The notes beneath the pieces were generated by a model. The model was not told where the DNA came from, did not search any database, and saw only the letters and a program-made list of their open reading frames with translations. From Tilletiaria anomala UBC 951 (lineage: Eukaryota), in assembly GCF_000711695.1 (NCBI RefSeq), contig NW_013547012.1, forward strand, positions 62,001 through 126,000: DNA of 64,000 nt. The letters run 5' to 3'. Each line of letters begins with the position of its first letter. Position 1 is the stretch's first letter. Made by a program: the position numbers and the translations under genes. Shown piece after piece: positions 26,481-38,380 of the stretch.

Positions 26481-29400
26481 TTACTTGCTGAAGACCTTGC
26501 TGAGCCTCCGGCCGAGGAATCCGCTGCCTTCATTGTTGTTCGAGCCGTAGCCATCGACGACGGTATGCTCCTTGCCGTAGCTCGATACGTTCTTGGCTGG
26601 CCCAGCTGAGAGCCTCCTGCTGCCTCCATAGTAGTGGTCGCCCATTGCTTGCGCCAGTTCACTCCTACGACGGATGCTTTTCGAGTTGTAGCTGTTGCTG
26701 GAGCCATTGGTGATCCGGCTGCTGCGCTTGTCTGCTGTTGCAGCATCCTCATCGAAGCCTTTAACCGTACCGTTCGTAGTGTAGACGTCTGAGCGGGTGG
26801 CCAGATCTGGCGCAGGCTTTCCTTGGCCATGGCCGTTGACGTGACCATTGGAGATGGCGCTGCCGTTGCCGTTGTTGCTCGAGTTTCCATAGCCAAGAGT
26901 GTCAGCAAGATCAGAAGTGAAAGCGCTGGCGGCCCCGGCCAGACTGCGCACAAACCCGCCATTTGACTGCAGTGAATCAGCCTGCGCAGGTTCCTGCGGG
27001 TGCGCATCCCTGTTCTGGATGGAAGCAGGGACCTCATCATCGTCGGTATATTGACGACGGCGACGAGTGGAATAGTCGATTATGCCATCTTTGCTTCCCC
27101 GTATGTGTCCATTGGAATGGCCAGAGGGCACCTTGTCGCCGTCGAGCGCGGAAGAGATGGCGAGCGTCGTCCCCCTCAGAGCATCGTGAAACTCGCCCGG
27201 GGTTTGAGCAAGGGCCTTGTTCTCTGCGGTACCGGTTGACTGCTCGTTCTGCTCGTGCTGCTCCTCCCTGTCGCCTCCAGTGAAATGGCTTGTGAATGCT
27301 GAAGCGGTACCCCCTGATGCGGCCGCAACAATTCCTGCGGCAGCAGTAACGCTTGCGATGACTCCCCTATTCTCATTGTCGGCTTGCTCTGCCTCATGTT
27401 TTTCCTCCTCGGTAACAGGTGCAGCCCGGGTTGCCTGCTCTGCTTTTTGCAGCCCCTGCTGTTTCTGCTGCTCCTGTAGAGAAGATGCATGTTGAGCCGC
27501 AGCGGAAGCGCCAGAGCCCGTGGTTCCCTCGAGCTCGATTGCTGTCTCTTCATCACCGTACAAAGCCACCCAATCCTTCGCCTGAAGAGCCTTCTCGCTC
27601 CTGTCTTCAACCTCCGCTGCGCTCTTGCCCTCCTCCATCTCAACAATCTCGCGCCGAAGCGTGGCGGCACAAGACTTACGTCCCACCACGTGGCGGTACG
27701 CCTTGCCGTTCTTCTGCTCGTAAATCCACGTGACTTTACCTTGGCCGTCGATCGTGCCATCGCGATGGTATTGGGTGAGACCGCGGATCCAAGGTTCTTG
27801 ATCGAATTGAGCAACGCGGAGTTTCTTCTTCAGCAAAATGCGCTTCTGGACAACCTTCTCACTGGTAGGGAGGTGACGAAATTGCACATCAGCGGCTACT
27901 GCCTTTTTGATCTAAAGAGAACGCACTTACTCTTTACCTTCCGACGTGATCAGTTCTTTAGTTATGGCCTCATACTCCTGGGCGAGGGACATGTAGTTAT
28001 CCCACAGTTTTTGCTGGGTCTCTTTATCCTTCAACTTATCATTCTCTCCATCTTTGGGTTCCACGAACTGAAAGGTGTTGGTAACATCGCCACCCAGGCA
28101 TGCGAGCAGGCGGTCATGAGGCACATGGTTCTTAACATCCTCCGGGCCCTTGGTGAACGCCACCTTCGAACGGACGACGGGGTCGAGAAGCGGCCCGAGG
28201 ACCTTCCAAATGCCGGTGAAGATCCATGGCGCATTGTGGATGTACAAGATTCCAAGAGACTCGGGGAAGTAGGCTTCGAGGCACTTGACGATGTACAAGA
28301 TGCAATTCCAGTCCCTACGAGCACAAGAGGGTGCAAACTTTGTCAATAATAGCCCTGGAACTTAAGACCAGGAGTCATTTTCGGTTCTCACATGTTGCGA
28401 AGTCCGAAATTTGATAGGTCGAAGAAAAGAACGACCTTTTCTTGCGGCGGTTGCATGAGCAGACGGAAGCTCTCCATGGCGTAGATGGTGAACTTCTGCA
28501 TACTCGCCAGTGGTTGCCCGGAGGTAAAATGCAGCTTGACATGCTGCAGAGAGTGAGAAAGGGGACACAGTTCAGCCGGGCAAGTCTTCCGCATCGCCCA
28601 GGGCAAATACCAATGCTCACGATATAGCCGATCGGCTGTTCGTTGCTGGCGGTACCAGCGGTGTGCGTCTTGCCGGAGCGCTGCTGCTCAAGGAATTTTT
28701 CGATCTTACTATTGCCAAGGTCTCCGCCGCGGACCAGGTCCTCGACGCCGTTGTCGAGGCGCCACTTGAGGCACGATGCGAACATGCCTAGCGCTCGCGT
28801 AACGTCCCACTTGCGAGCGCGCAAGAAGCGCAGGAATGTGGCGTCCGGGTCGTCCATCTTGATGAACTCCCACAGAGCGCGCTTGAGCGAGTCGGGGCCG
28901 TACGTCTGGAGCAGCGCATTGAGACCTTCCTCCTCCGCCTTCCTCTTTGCCTCCTCTTCCGCGGCATCGCCCTTGGGGATGCCAGACTTGCCCGGGTCGT
29001 TCGCATTCTCCGCGAAGTCATCGCTACCGGTGCCGCCTTGAGAGGTGCCGGTGGCCTTGGGGCACCAATCAAAGTATCCATTCCACTGGAGGCAAGAGGT
29101 GCAGGTGTAAGATACGGATGCTGCTCAAAACATGCAGGTCGCAGCATCACTTACCATCTGCCTCAGTTTAGCCTCCTGCTCATCCGTGAGGCTGCCGGGG
29201 CTGCCCTCAGGAATCTTGATCGGAGCCTGGTCGATCTCGATTGCGTCGGCAGGACCTCGCGCCTTGTACGTGAGGCCTGTGCTCTTGCGCGCGGGCTTCT
29301 TTGCCGCGGGAGCCAGTGCAGCGCTAGCCTGTGTGTCTCGGGCAGCTGCCGAAGTAGCCGCAGCGGCAGCACTCACATCGTCGGCAACGCCGTTGCTGCT

Positions 29401-31362
29401 CTTTTTGGGATTTATCTTTTTGGCGGCGCCCGCGATCACAGCGCCAGCAGCGACGCCTGCGACAGCCTGCTTGGGCACCAACTTGGCCTTCTCGTTGCTA
29501 GCCTGCGGGTCGTCGGCCATCTCCTGTGCTGAGTCAGGGGCCTGCTGAGGGGCCTCGGCGGACTTCTCCTCGTCGTGCTGGTAGGCTGCACCTGCACCTG
29601 CACTGGCAGCCCCGGCAGCATGGCCGTTCGAGGGGGACGCGGGAGTGCTCTCCTGTGCTTCCTTGATCACGTCAGCATTGACGCTGGAACCAGGGACGCC
29701 CTGCTTGTCGCTGTCTTCTCCGATGCCTTCGATCTTGCCCTCGAGCTTCTCGGCGCTGGCCCAGTCACCATACAGGGCGACCCAGTCGCGGCTGTCGAGC
29801 GCCGCTTGGGACCGTGCTTCGACCTCCTCGGCAGTGAGCAGCTGGCCCTTGCCGCCGACCCCGCGCTCCATCTCGCTGATTTCGCGCTTGAGCGTCGCCG
29901 CGCACGTCTTGCGGCCTGCAACGTGGCGGATCTCGTTGCCGTCATTCTGGACGTAGCGCCAGGTCACCTTTCCCTGGCCATCGATCGTGCCGTTGCGGTG
30001 GTACGTCGTGAGGCCGCGGATGTAGGGCTCGAGATCATAGTGCGCCACACGGAGCTTCTTGACGAGCAAAGCGCGCTTCTCAGTGATCTTCGAGTCGGAC
30101 CCTTTCGACCCGATCCAATTCCTCGTCGTGTCTTCATACTCGTTTGCAATCACCATGTAGCTGTCCCACAGCTTCTTCTGCGTCTCGGTGTCCATCAGTT
30201 TGTCATTCTCGCCGTCCTGAGGTTCCTGGAAGTCGAACCCGGTGATTACGTTGCCGCCCAGATCAGCGATCAGACGCTCCGCTGGCACGCGGTCCGAGAC
30301 ATCGTCTGGGCCCTTGGTGAAAGCAACCTTTGAGCGAACGACGGGGTCAAGCAGCGGACTGAGGATCTTCCAAATGCCGGTGAAGATCCACGGCGCATTG
30401 TGGATGTACAAGATTCCAAGCGACTCAGGGAAGTAGGCTTCGAGGCACTTGACGATGTACAAGATGCAATTCCAGTCCCTGCGAGAGAGAAAGCGGTTGT
30501 AGACGGCGTCCAGCATAGCTCTACGGCTGGAGAATAGGTGGCTCATTTTTCCGCTCACATATTTTTCAGGCCGAATCCCGTGAGATCGAAGAAGAGGATG
30601 ACCTTGTCTCCAGGAGGCATCATGAGTAGGCGGAAGCTCTCCATGGCGTAGATGACGTACTTCTGCATGCTGGACCCGGGCTGGCCAGAGGTGAAATGTT
30701 TCTTGACGTGGATGTAGCAGATGGGCTGCTCGTTGACGGCGGTGCCGAGCGCGTACGTTTTTCCTGAGCGCTGCTGCTCAAGGAATTTTTCGATCTCACT
30801 GTTTCCGAGGTCTCCGCCGCGGACCAGGTCCTCGACGCCGTTGTCGAGGCGCCACTTGAGGCACGATGCGAACATGCCCAGCGCTCGAGTAACGTCCCAC
30901 TTGCGAGCACGCAGGAAGCGCAGGAAGGTGCCATCTGGGTTATCCATCTTGATAAACTCCCACAGCGCACGCTTGAGCGAGTCCGGACCGTAGGTATTGA
31001 GCAGCGCGTCGAGGCCGGCTTGCTCCTCCTTCATCTTGGCCTCCTCTTTGGCGGCGTCGCCCTTGGGGATGCCGGCCTTCTTCGGGTCGTTGGCGCTGTC
31101 GTCCACCAAGGTACCGCCGGTGCCTTTCGTGACATTTCCGGTAGCCTTGGCGCACCAGTCAAAGTAACCATTCCACATCTCACGCAGCTTTTCTTCCTGC
31201 TCTGCGGTCATGTTGCCTGTTGGGAGGAAAAGGCGCCGCCGGGGGACGGCAATCAGCGAACTACATCGGCGTGCCAGGAAATGCACCGGGGTCGGGCTGG
31301 CACGTACCAACGTAACCCTCCGCCGGGGGCAGGTTGGGCTGCCCGATCTCGGTGATAGCCAT
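26481..31362 (-). CDS. CSR1: Sec14/Csr1-type phosphatidylinositol transfer protein with two tandem CRAL-TRIO_N + CRAL-TRIO modules
   Basis: ATG 31362 (MAITEIGQPNLPPAEGYVG). Introns 31217-31307, 30479-30558, 29086-29154, 28544-28620, 28315-28391 and 27862-27930 give one continuous frame. FLRFLRARKWDV and EAYFPESLG..YIHNAPWIF occur twice. Confidence 0.85.
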
Positions 31363-33118
31363 GGTTGCTGTACTTTGGTCGGAGATTCCGCTGTGAGTTC
31401 AGGCCAGCGTGTTGTCGTGATCTACAGTTCCAATAGGTCCGCCGAAATCGTCTGTGCCGATTTATCTTTGACGAGGTGTCTTTTTATCTCTTGCGGGGTC
31501 AGAGAGAGAAAGACCGAGGAAGCAAGAGAGGTCTTTCTACCTCTCTTTCTCGGTCCGGTGTGGGCTATGCCAGCGCGATCGCGCTCGGCGCTCTTGGTCA
31601 GGACGCGCTCGAGTGGGCGCTACTGACGGTGCGGACGGTGTCGAGGTGGGAGCGTACAGGTGGGATGAACGGAGGGATGGAAGAAAGCGATGAATTGTGC
31701 GACGGCGATGCGTGACGATGTCCTTTCCCCACATACACAACCACAAGCAGTCCTAGCGCCAACGTATGGGGGCCGCAATGAGCCAACGAGGAGGTTGGAG
31801 GGCTTCACTTCTTCGCTTTGCTGCTCTCTCGGTCGTATGGAGGGTGGGATGGCGCAATGGATTGTGGGCGAGTGGGGAGTCAGATTGGGGCACCACACGG
31901 TTCACATCACTGACACGGAAAGTACCCTGCTCCCTTTCCCCCACTTTTTCACTGAAGGCCGACGAAGGCCCGGCACCAGTTGTGCATCTGGCCATACATA
32001 GCTGCTGAGGTGTGCCTTCCAATGTCGCTGTGCTTGCTGCTCGATCATCTTCTTCGTGAATCAAGGAGAATCATCACTCGCCAAGCGCCTAACTGCGTTC
32101 GGCCCAAAATTTCTTAGCACGGCTGCGGGGTCGAAAGCCACACTCCGCTTGTGCTCGGGGTCCCAGGCTGCCCACTGCGCCCCAGCTTCCAGACCAGAAG
32201 CTCGTGAAAATGCACCTTTCCGTCCACAATGGGGTGCACTGCAGCAAAGGAGAAGGAGAGTGGCCTAGCACTCATCGAACCCCATCCCCCGACTATTCGT
32301 CATGCTCAAATGCCCATGTAGGCCCTTGTCGGATACTTGTGTATCAGCGGAGAGCTTCGAGCTGGGAGCACTTGCCTGAGAGGCGAAGAAGTCCGCAGAC
32401 AAAGAGCTAGGACAGTCGAAAGGGCAGAAGTGCCCATTCGACGCCTGCCATTTGAGGCAATTACTGTTGGGAACGGAGGCGCTCCAGCAGCACCTAGAAA
32501 CACAAGGTGCATATGACATGTCCTGAAGTTTCTGCATCGACGAGAAAACCACTAATGAGACCCTTTCGCAAGCAAAAATAAGCAAACTGGATTCATGGAT
32601 AGGATTTCTTTTACAATTCCTGTCTACTCGTACAACGCGACTGGTGCCGCGTAGCTGCATTTTCTCTCCTTTTGGCGGCTGCATAGCCACGTCAGTCAGG
32701 AGCATCGCGCTAGATAAAGTGTCCATCCGTTCAAAAAAGGGCTGCAGCATGGATTATTGAACGTGTATGCAGGGCGCGCGATATGATGCAAGCGGGAAAG
32801 TGAAGGTGAAGTAGTGGTAAGGTTAGCCAGGCGACGCTGATTGTGGCAGGGATCGGTCGCTTTCATTGCAAGGACGAACGGCAGAGAGGTGGGGGCGTTT
32901 CAGAAACAAGAATGCGAGGGACGTAAGAGTGTAGCCGAGGATGGAAGGAGGCTGACGGAGAAGCAAAAGTGACACGGCGGATATGCATCACGGCGGCATT
33001 CCACGCTTGCCAAAAGAGATACACTGGCGACGATGAAAGCGTTCGGTGGTATAAAGCGCACCTTCAATGTATCTCGGCAAGTTGAAAGGGAAAAAGGTTG
33101 CGTCGCATGGAGGTAGAC

Positions 33119-34610
33119 TCAGGCAATACTTTTGCTGGCCCTGGGCGATTCGGACTGGTCCAATGGGGAAGTGCCGACGGCTGTGTCTTGAGCAATCGTG
33201 TCGGCGCTCGTCGTGTCGACGGGCGTTAGGATCCGCCGTCGCGCATTGATGAACTGCACAACACATGCAAGAATGTTGTGCATCAGCAGCCAGACCAACA
33301 CGAAGCTTTGCATTATTCCTGTGCTCTGGGCTTTTACTTACCCAGTTCGATATCTGACTCATCGTCAGACCCGTCGCCTCACACAGTCGGCGCTTCTCTT
33401 CTTCTGTCGGGTAGGGACGTGCGACATGGTCCAGCAGCCATGTACGGAGCGTATCGGTCACTTCTTTCGGCAGCTTGCCCCTCCGTCTCGGTGCAAGCGA
33501 AGGGTACTGGTTTGGCGAATTTGGCCCGTTGACGACGAGCATCGTTGACGGAGGTACTTGTGGAGACGGTACCTCACTGGCATCGACATATCCACCGTGC
33601 GAGGCCGCCATGGTCGGACTCAAGTACGGGTGGTGGCGCACAGCGTGCTGGTCCGAGGGTAAGGCTGACTGGCTGATGCTTCTTTGCCGTCGGTACAGGA
33701 CGCGGTCAAAGTAGCTGGGAGCGTACTCATCAGCAGGCCCAGGTGAATCAGAGAAAGCTGTTGCCGTCATATCGAGAAGGAAATCAGCCGCACGTTGCAC
33801 CGTCTCAGAGCTTTCTTGCATCCGCAACTCACAGGTGGCTTGCCAATCAGTTGAATCTGCAGCAGCACCCTGGAACTGCCGGCTACCGCTGGCGCTGTGG
33901 GCCAGCTGATATTGCGGTTCTATCCGAATCGCCGAACCAGAAAGCATGGGGAGCTCGGGAGGCCAATCTTGTGCGCTGAGTTGCGTCCGAGTTTGTGGGT
34001 TCATAGGCTGATGGACAGGGGCGTTGCCTGGTCCTGGAGACTCATCTCTGTAGTGGGTTTGCCCGTACGGCGCTCGCCACGGGTGGACGGGAGCTGGCAA
34101 AAGCGACGAATGTTCTGCAATGAGGTGAAGACCGTCAGCGCTGGCGCAATGCAATACATTGCCTTCTCCAGATGACCCACCCTGACGGTGTAATGATTGT
34201 TCGTTCGGCAGTGGACCCGGAGGGAGAGGCTGGTCGATTCGAGGACCAAGGCTCGTGCTTCGCCATTTCGACGCATGTAACGACTCGGCATGGGTTGAAA
34301 AGGGTAGCCGCTGCGATGTACCGTAGGCGGTTCTTCCCCTCGGTCCGGATTCCGACGCGATGCCACGCCTTCTGGACTCAAGGAAATTCTGGGGCAAGAA
34401 TTGATCAATGTACGCGATGCCTGGTAGCCGTTTTTGCTGACGCCCGTAAGACTCCGAGCCTTCTGATGGTCTTCGGTAAGATTGCCACCGTGCGGACACG
34501 CTCTGACGCCCATCACCCGAATTCCCACCATGTGACAACGATGTCGATTCATCCAGACTGCTCGCGCCCCCTAGCCCGTGTGCTTCCTGTGGGAAAGCGT
34601 CGCCTGGCAT
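33119..34610 (-). CDS. TALE-class (Homeobox KN; Cup9/Tos8/TGIF-like) homeodomain transcription factor
   Basis: RRRGKLPKEVTDTLRTWLLDHVARPYPTEEEK...QISNW|FINARRR, with the PYP loop and intron 33254-33341. Start codon uncertain. Confidence 0.88.
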
Positions 34611-35619
34611 TCGTCTCGGCCGCCTCAATGCTCTCTTGATGGGTTCAGCGGTGAAGATTGAAAGTGCAACAGTTGCCGAGCGCTTGCAAGTCACGAACGG
34701 ACTGGCAACGCAAAAGACCTCGGGGCTCTGCAAGGGGTTATGGAGTTGTTCACGGAGAGTGCCATCAGCAAGCATGCAAAAGCTTTTAAAAGGAACTCAC
34801 CGGAACGGTGACACTAGACTGCAGCCTCATCCGCGTCGTCGATGCATGAATGGCCTTTCGAAGATTAGTTGTAATAGCGGGTCGTTGGTCGTAACGCAGT
34901 TGAAGGTCCCGTTTCAAACAGCATTGGCCATAAGCACGAAGCCCTTACGGAATGGTAAAATGGTGCCGTGATCGACCTCCGAGAGCAAAGCGCTGCAAAA
35001 CATGATGCGACACGGAGCCACAGCGTCAGCTCTCAAAGCCAAAACCGTGTTTGCACAGGGGCCGCGATCTGCGCATTTGCTCATCCGATTGACAAACAAT
35101 CCGTATCACTTTTTGGGTTCAAAGCGCTTCGTTCAGCGGCGCGACGGTACCCGAGACCAGGGTATTTCTGATGACTAAGAGGGCTCGCCGGGGTGCTCGA
35201 CGGGGGTTGTGCCGTTCCTTCCAAGAGATTCCGTGTGCCTCTATGCTTAGAATGGGGGGCGTTGAGTGTATGGAAGATTACGCTGGACAGAGTCAGGCAT
35301 TTGCCGTACTCGCTTTGCACGCGAAGATGTCGATCAAGGCGGAGGTGTCGAGGTCAGGAAATCAGTGGCCTAACTTCACGCTCTAGATGAGGAGACCATG
35401 GTCAAATCTTTGCGAATGTGCAGAACAAGGTTGTCCGTAATCACGAAAGAGGTAAGCACTTGGAGGTCGCTCGCAAGGAGCAAAGGATATTCGAAGAGTT
35501 GGTAGGAAGAGCAGGAAGGCGAGCGGAGATGCATTGACGTGGTCCAATATTCCAAATGCCATGTGCTCCAAATATTTCACAGTAATCGCAGGCTATTCAT
35601 TACCCACTCTGTTCATCGT

Positions 35620-35660
35620 TTATACATACATACAAACATATATACATAAATATATACACG
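35620..35660. repeat. Degenerate (TACA/TA)n microsatellite
   Basis: tatacatacatacaaacatatatacataaatatatacacg. Confidence 0.55.
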
Positions 35661-38099
35661 TGTTCAATATGGGCCATCCTGTCTTAAAAAGCAACGGAGA
35701 TCGGACAGAGCGCAACATGCAAATCAAAAGACAGAAGCGCAATCGTGAAATGCTGACGTCGGCTTTATTTGGGGGTCCCGCATGCCGCACAAGCCCTGGG
35801 GTGCGCCTCGTTCGGCTGTCCGCGTTGGCAATTTCACTTGTGGGTTCGTTCGTAAGGACGCAGACAACCGAAGCGAACATGTCCTGGGTGAGTGTGGCTG
35901 GGGCTGGCGGCTGCCCTCACCTCACCTCTCTGTTACCCGCTTTTGAAAACCCTCAGATTCCAGTATTTTTCAAGAAAAAAAATTGCTTTGGCCACCTGAG
36001 CCAAGGCATTTTGCAATGAGTGGGCACGCCCTGGCAAAGCTGTCATCAGCGCAACAGCGGAAAGTGATCCACAACGACCCGGCTTCCTGGCACCTTTGGA
36101 CAAGTACTGCATGAGATGATGCCACAGCTTCGTAATTTGTCGTCCTTTTGGGATTTGCGTGGTGCACGTACCTATATTTGTCGACAGCGGGGGGACACAA
36201 GTCATGCACGATCTCCAGAGTCCGAACTCCGTCTGTGTTTGTGGTATGTAAGAGTACGGTACGATGCGCAACTGTGCGCGATGGGCTCAGGGCTAGGTCA
36301 CTGCTGCTCTACATGACCGTTGTGCGCATGTGAACATGATCCATCCAGATACATGCTCGCATGTATCGTCAAGTGTCCAAATAATGAATGCATGCACGCT
36401 GAGCGGTGCATGAACCATTCGCGGGCCGCCCCAGGAGGCCTTTGAAGCTGCTGAGTCCTGACCGCTGGGCCACTGGCTGACCGGGACAGTCCCTAGATTC
36501 TGGAGGCCTCAGCAGCTATAACTAACTCAATAAGTAGGCAACAGGGCCGCGGCGGATTATGTGTATGCAGCAAGTCGGGATAGGCTCCGAGCGCCCGATT
36601 GGCTAAGATTGGATATTGGCGCTGGGTGCACCATGCCAACAAGTGAAAAGTACCTGGAGGTGACCTGATCTGTTTCAAATTATCATTTCTATCACCTTAC
36701 TCCCTGCTGGAGGCGCTGATGGAAAGAGGGTCGTCCAATTTCCTATTTTACCGCCTGGCGCAAGCTCTATGCCTCGCGGCTCGGGAAGGCGCGATGGACC
36801 GAGAGCGGAATTGAAATTGGAACTCCGTGCAGTCGGCCCAAAATCTGCATCTATTGTTTGCACAGTGTATTTCAGGCAACATCTCTCGCAACCTCAAATC
36901 CGGACTCCGGATTCACTAATAGTGACATTTTAGATCATGAGGCACAAGAGCGGTGTATATCATGTATGTGGTAATCGTACTATGTATATTTTGTTCATGG
37001 TACCGACCCATGGCTGCTAGTTGCCAAGTCCAGGTGTATCCAAGGTGTATGAAGACTTCAGCATTCAGTGATACATAAACTATATAATGTATAGTGTATC
37101 ACAGTATACCACCAACTATCTATGTGCGTCTAATATCATACGTACTATCGTACTATGTGTAATGCTTATTCCTTTTATGCATAGGCTTCTCTCCAACTAG
37201 CTCCACTAACGTTTGTCTCCTGTGCCAGCCCATGTCAGCCTGAAACCTGTGGGCTGTACTTCGGCATTCGCTTTCAAGTACGCTCCTCTTCAACTTGAAA
37301 AATGACGGAGGAATATATGGATCATAGACTATATAGTTGCCCTGCATATAACAGCATATAACAACTCGAACAAGAGGCAAGATGGGAGCATCAGGTACGG
37401 TATCGGCGCGGATAGGGCGCATCAGTGGCACAGCCTAGCGCAATACGGTCATGCAGGGCGCCGCATTTCTAATCGAAATGCGCAATGGATAATGCAAGCA
37501 TGGAGTATGGACCAATAATACTGGGTAAACACTACGATACGCCTCTATCGAGAATGATTGATAATGAACAGCGAGTTGAAGGAGGAAAGGATCACGTGAC
37601 CATGCGTTCAGCCTTGCCACTGCATGGGCGCCACCGTCCGTGCATACCCCAACGGCTCCCTCTCCCCACTCACCACTCATGCTCGACTGTGCTACATGCA
37701 CTTTTATGCACCTCAAATTTGAATGAATCTAACCATTATTCCTGCTGTCGTAGCGTGCCGCTGCACCCCTGTGGATTGTTGACTGTGAGCGCCGAGGGTC
37801 GCAACACTTGTACTCAGCGCCTCAACACTGTCTCGTCGGGCTGGCTACACCACAGCGGTGAACGCGCAGTGAGGACGCCCGTTCCGCCCTCTCGCTTTCT
37901 TCCGACTCTGGGCTTTCGGCTTGAGTGCCTCGCGAGGGCGAGGGAGTCAAGGCTCTCTTTGCCACCTCTTCCGAGCCGTTCCTCAGCCATTCTCAACCCG
38001 CCGAAGTGGTAGTAGCGATAGTAGTGATAGTAGCAAGACGTAGATCAAGGCAGACACGGACGCGCTTCCTGGCAGATAACAGCGATCGAACAACGGACA

Positions 38100-38380
38100 A
38101 TGGTGCGGTATCTCATCGGAAAGTGAGTCCGAATCCATACCCTGGTGCGCGCAAGCGATCAGAGAAGGTAAGGCTGACCGCGACTTTCATCCTTCATCCG
38201 GATAGATATTCGGACCCTGTGTTCGGAATGGTGACAGGCGCATTCGCCTACTACCTGTGGGAGAAGGATCCGAAGAATGCCGCTGAGCGACCGCCAGGTA
38301 GGTCGCTACATGAACTCGCATCCAGGCGCTGGCAGAACGGCCAAGCACCCTTGTCCCTCGCGCCGGTCACTTCGCGTTGA
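38100..38380 (+). CDS. NCE101: Non-classical export protein 1 (Nce101), small single-TM protein
   Basis: Exons 38100-38122 and 38206-38380 give MVRYLIGKYSDPVFGMVTGAFAYYLWEKDP...RPPGRSLHELASRRW, matching the Nce101 pattern YL(I/L)GKxSDP...G..(A/S)YY..E...RP.G..L.EL...RW. Confidence 0.88.

Noticed and set aside
27489..30333. Long plus-strand ORFs (27489-28349, 29575-30333) opposite the CRAL-TRIO gene
   Set aside because: Antisense shadows caused by GC3 codon bias, with no recognisable motifs. The same applies to the ORFs opposite PGM, the hydrolase, ALG11 and the permease.
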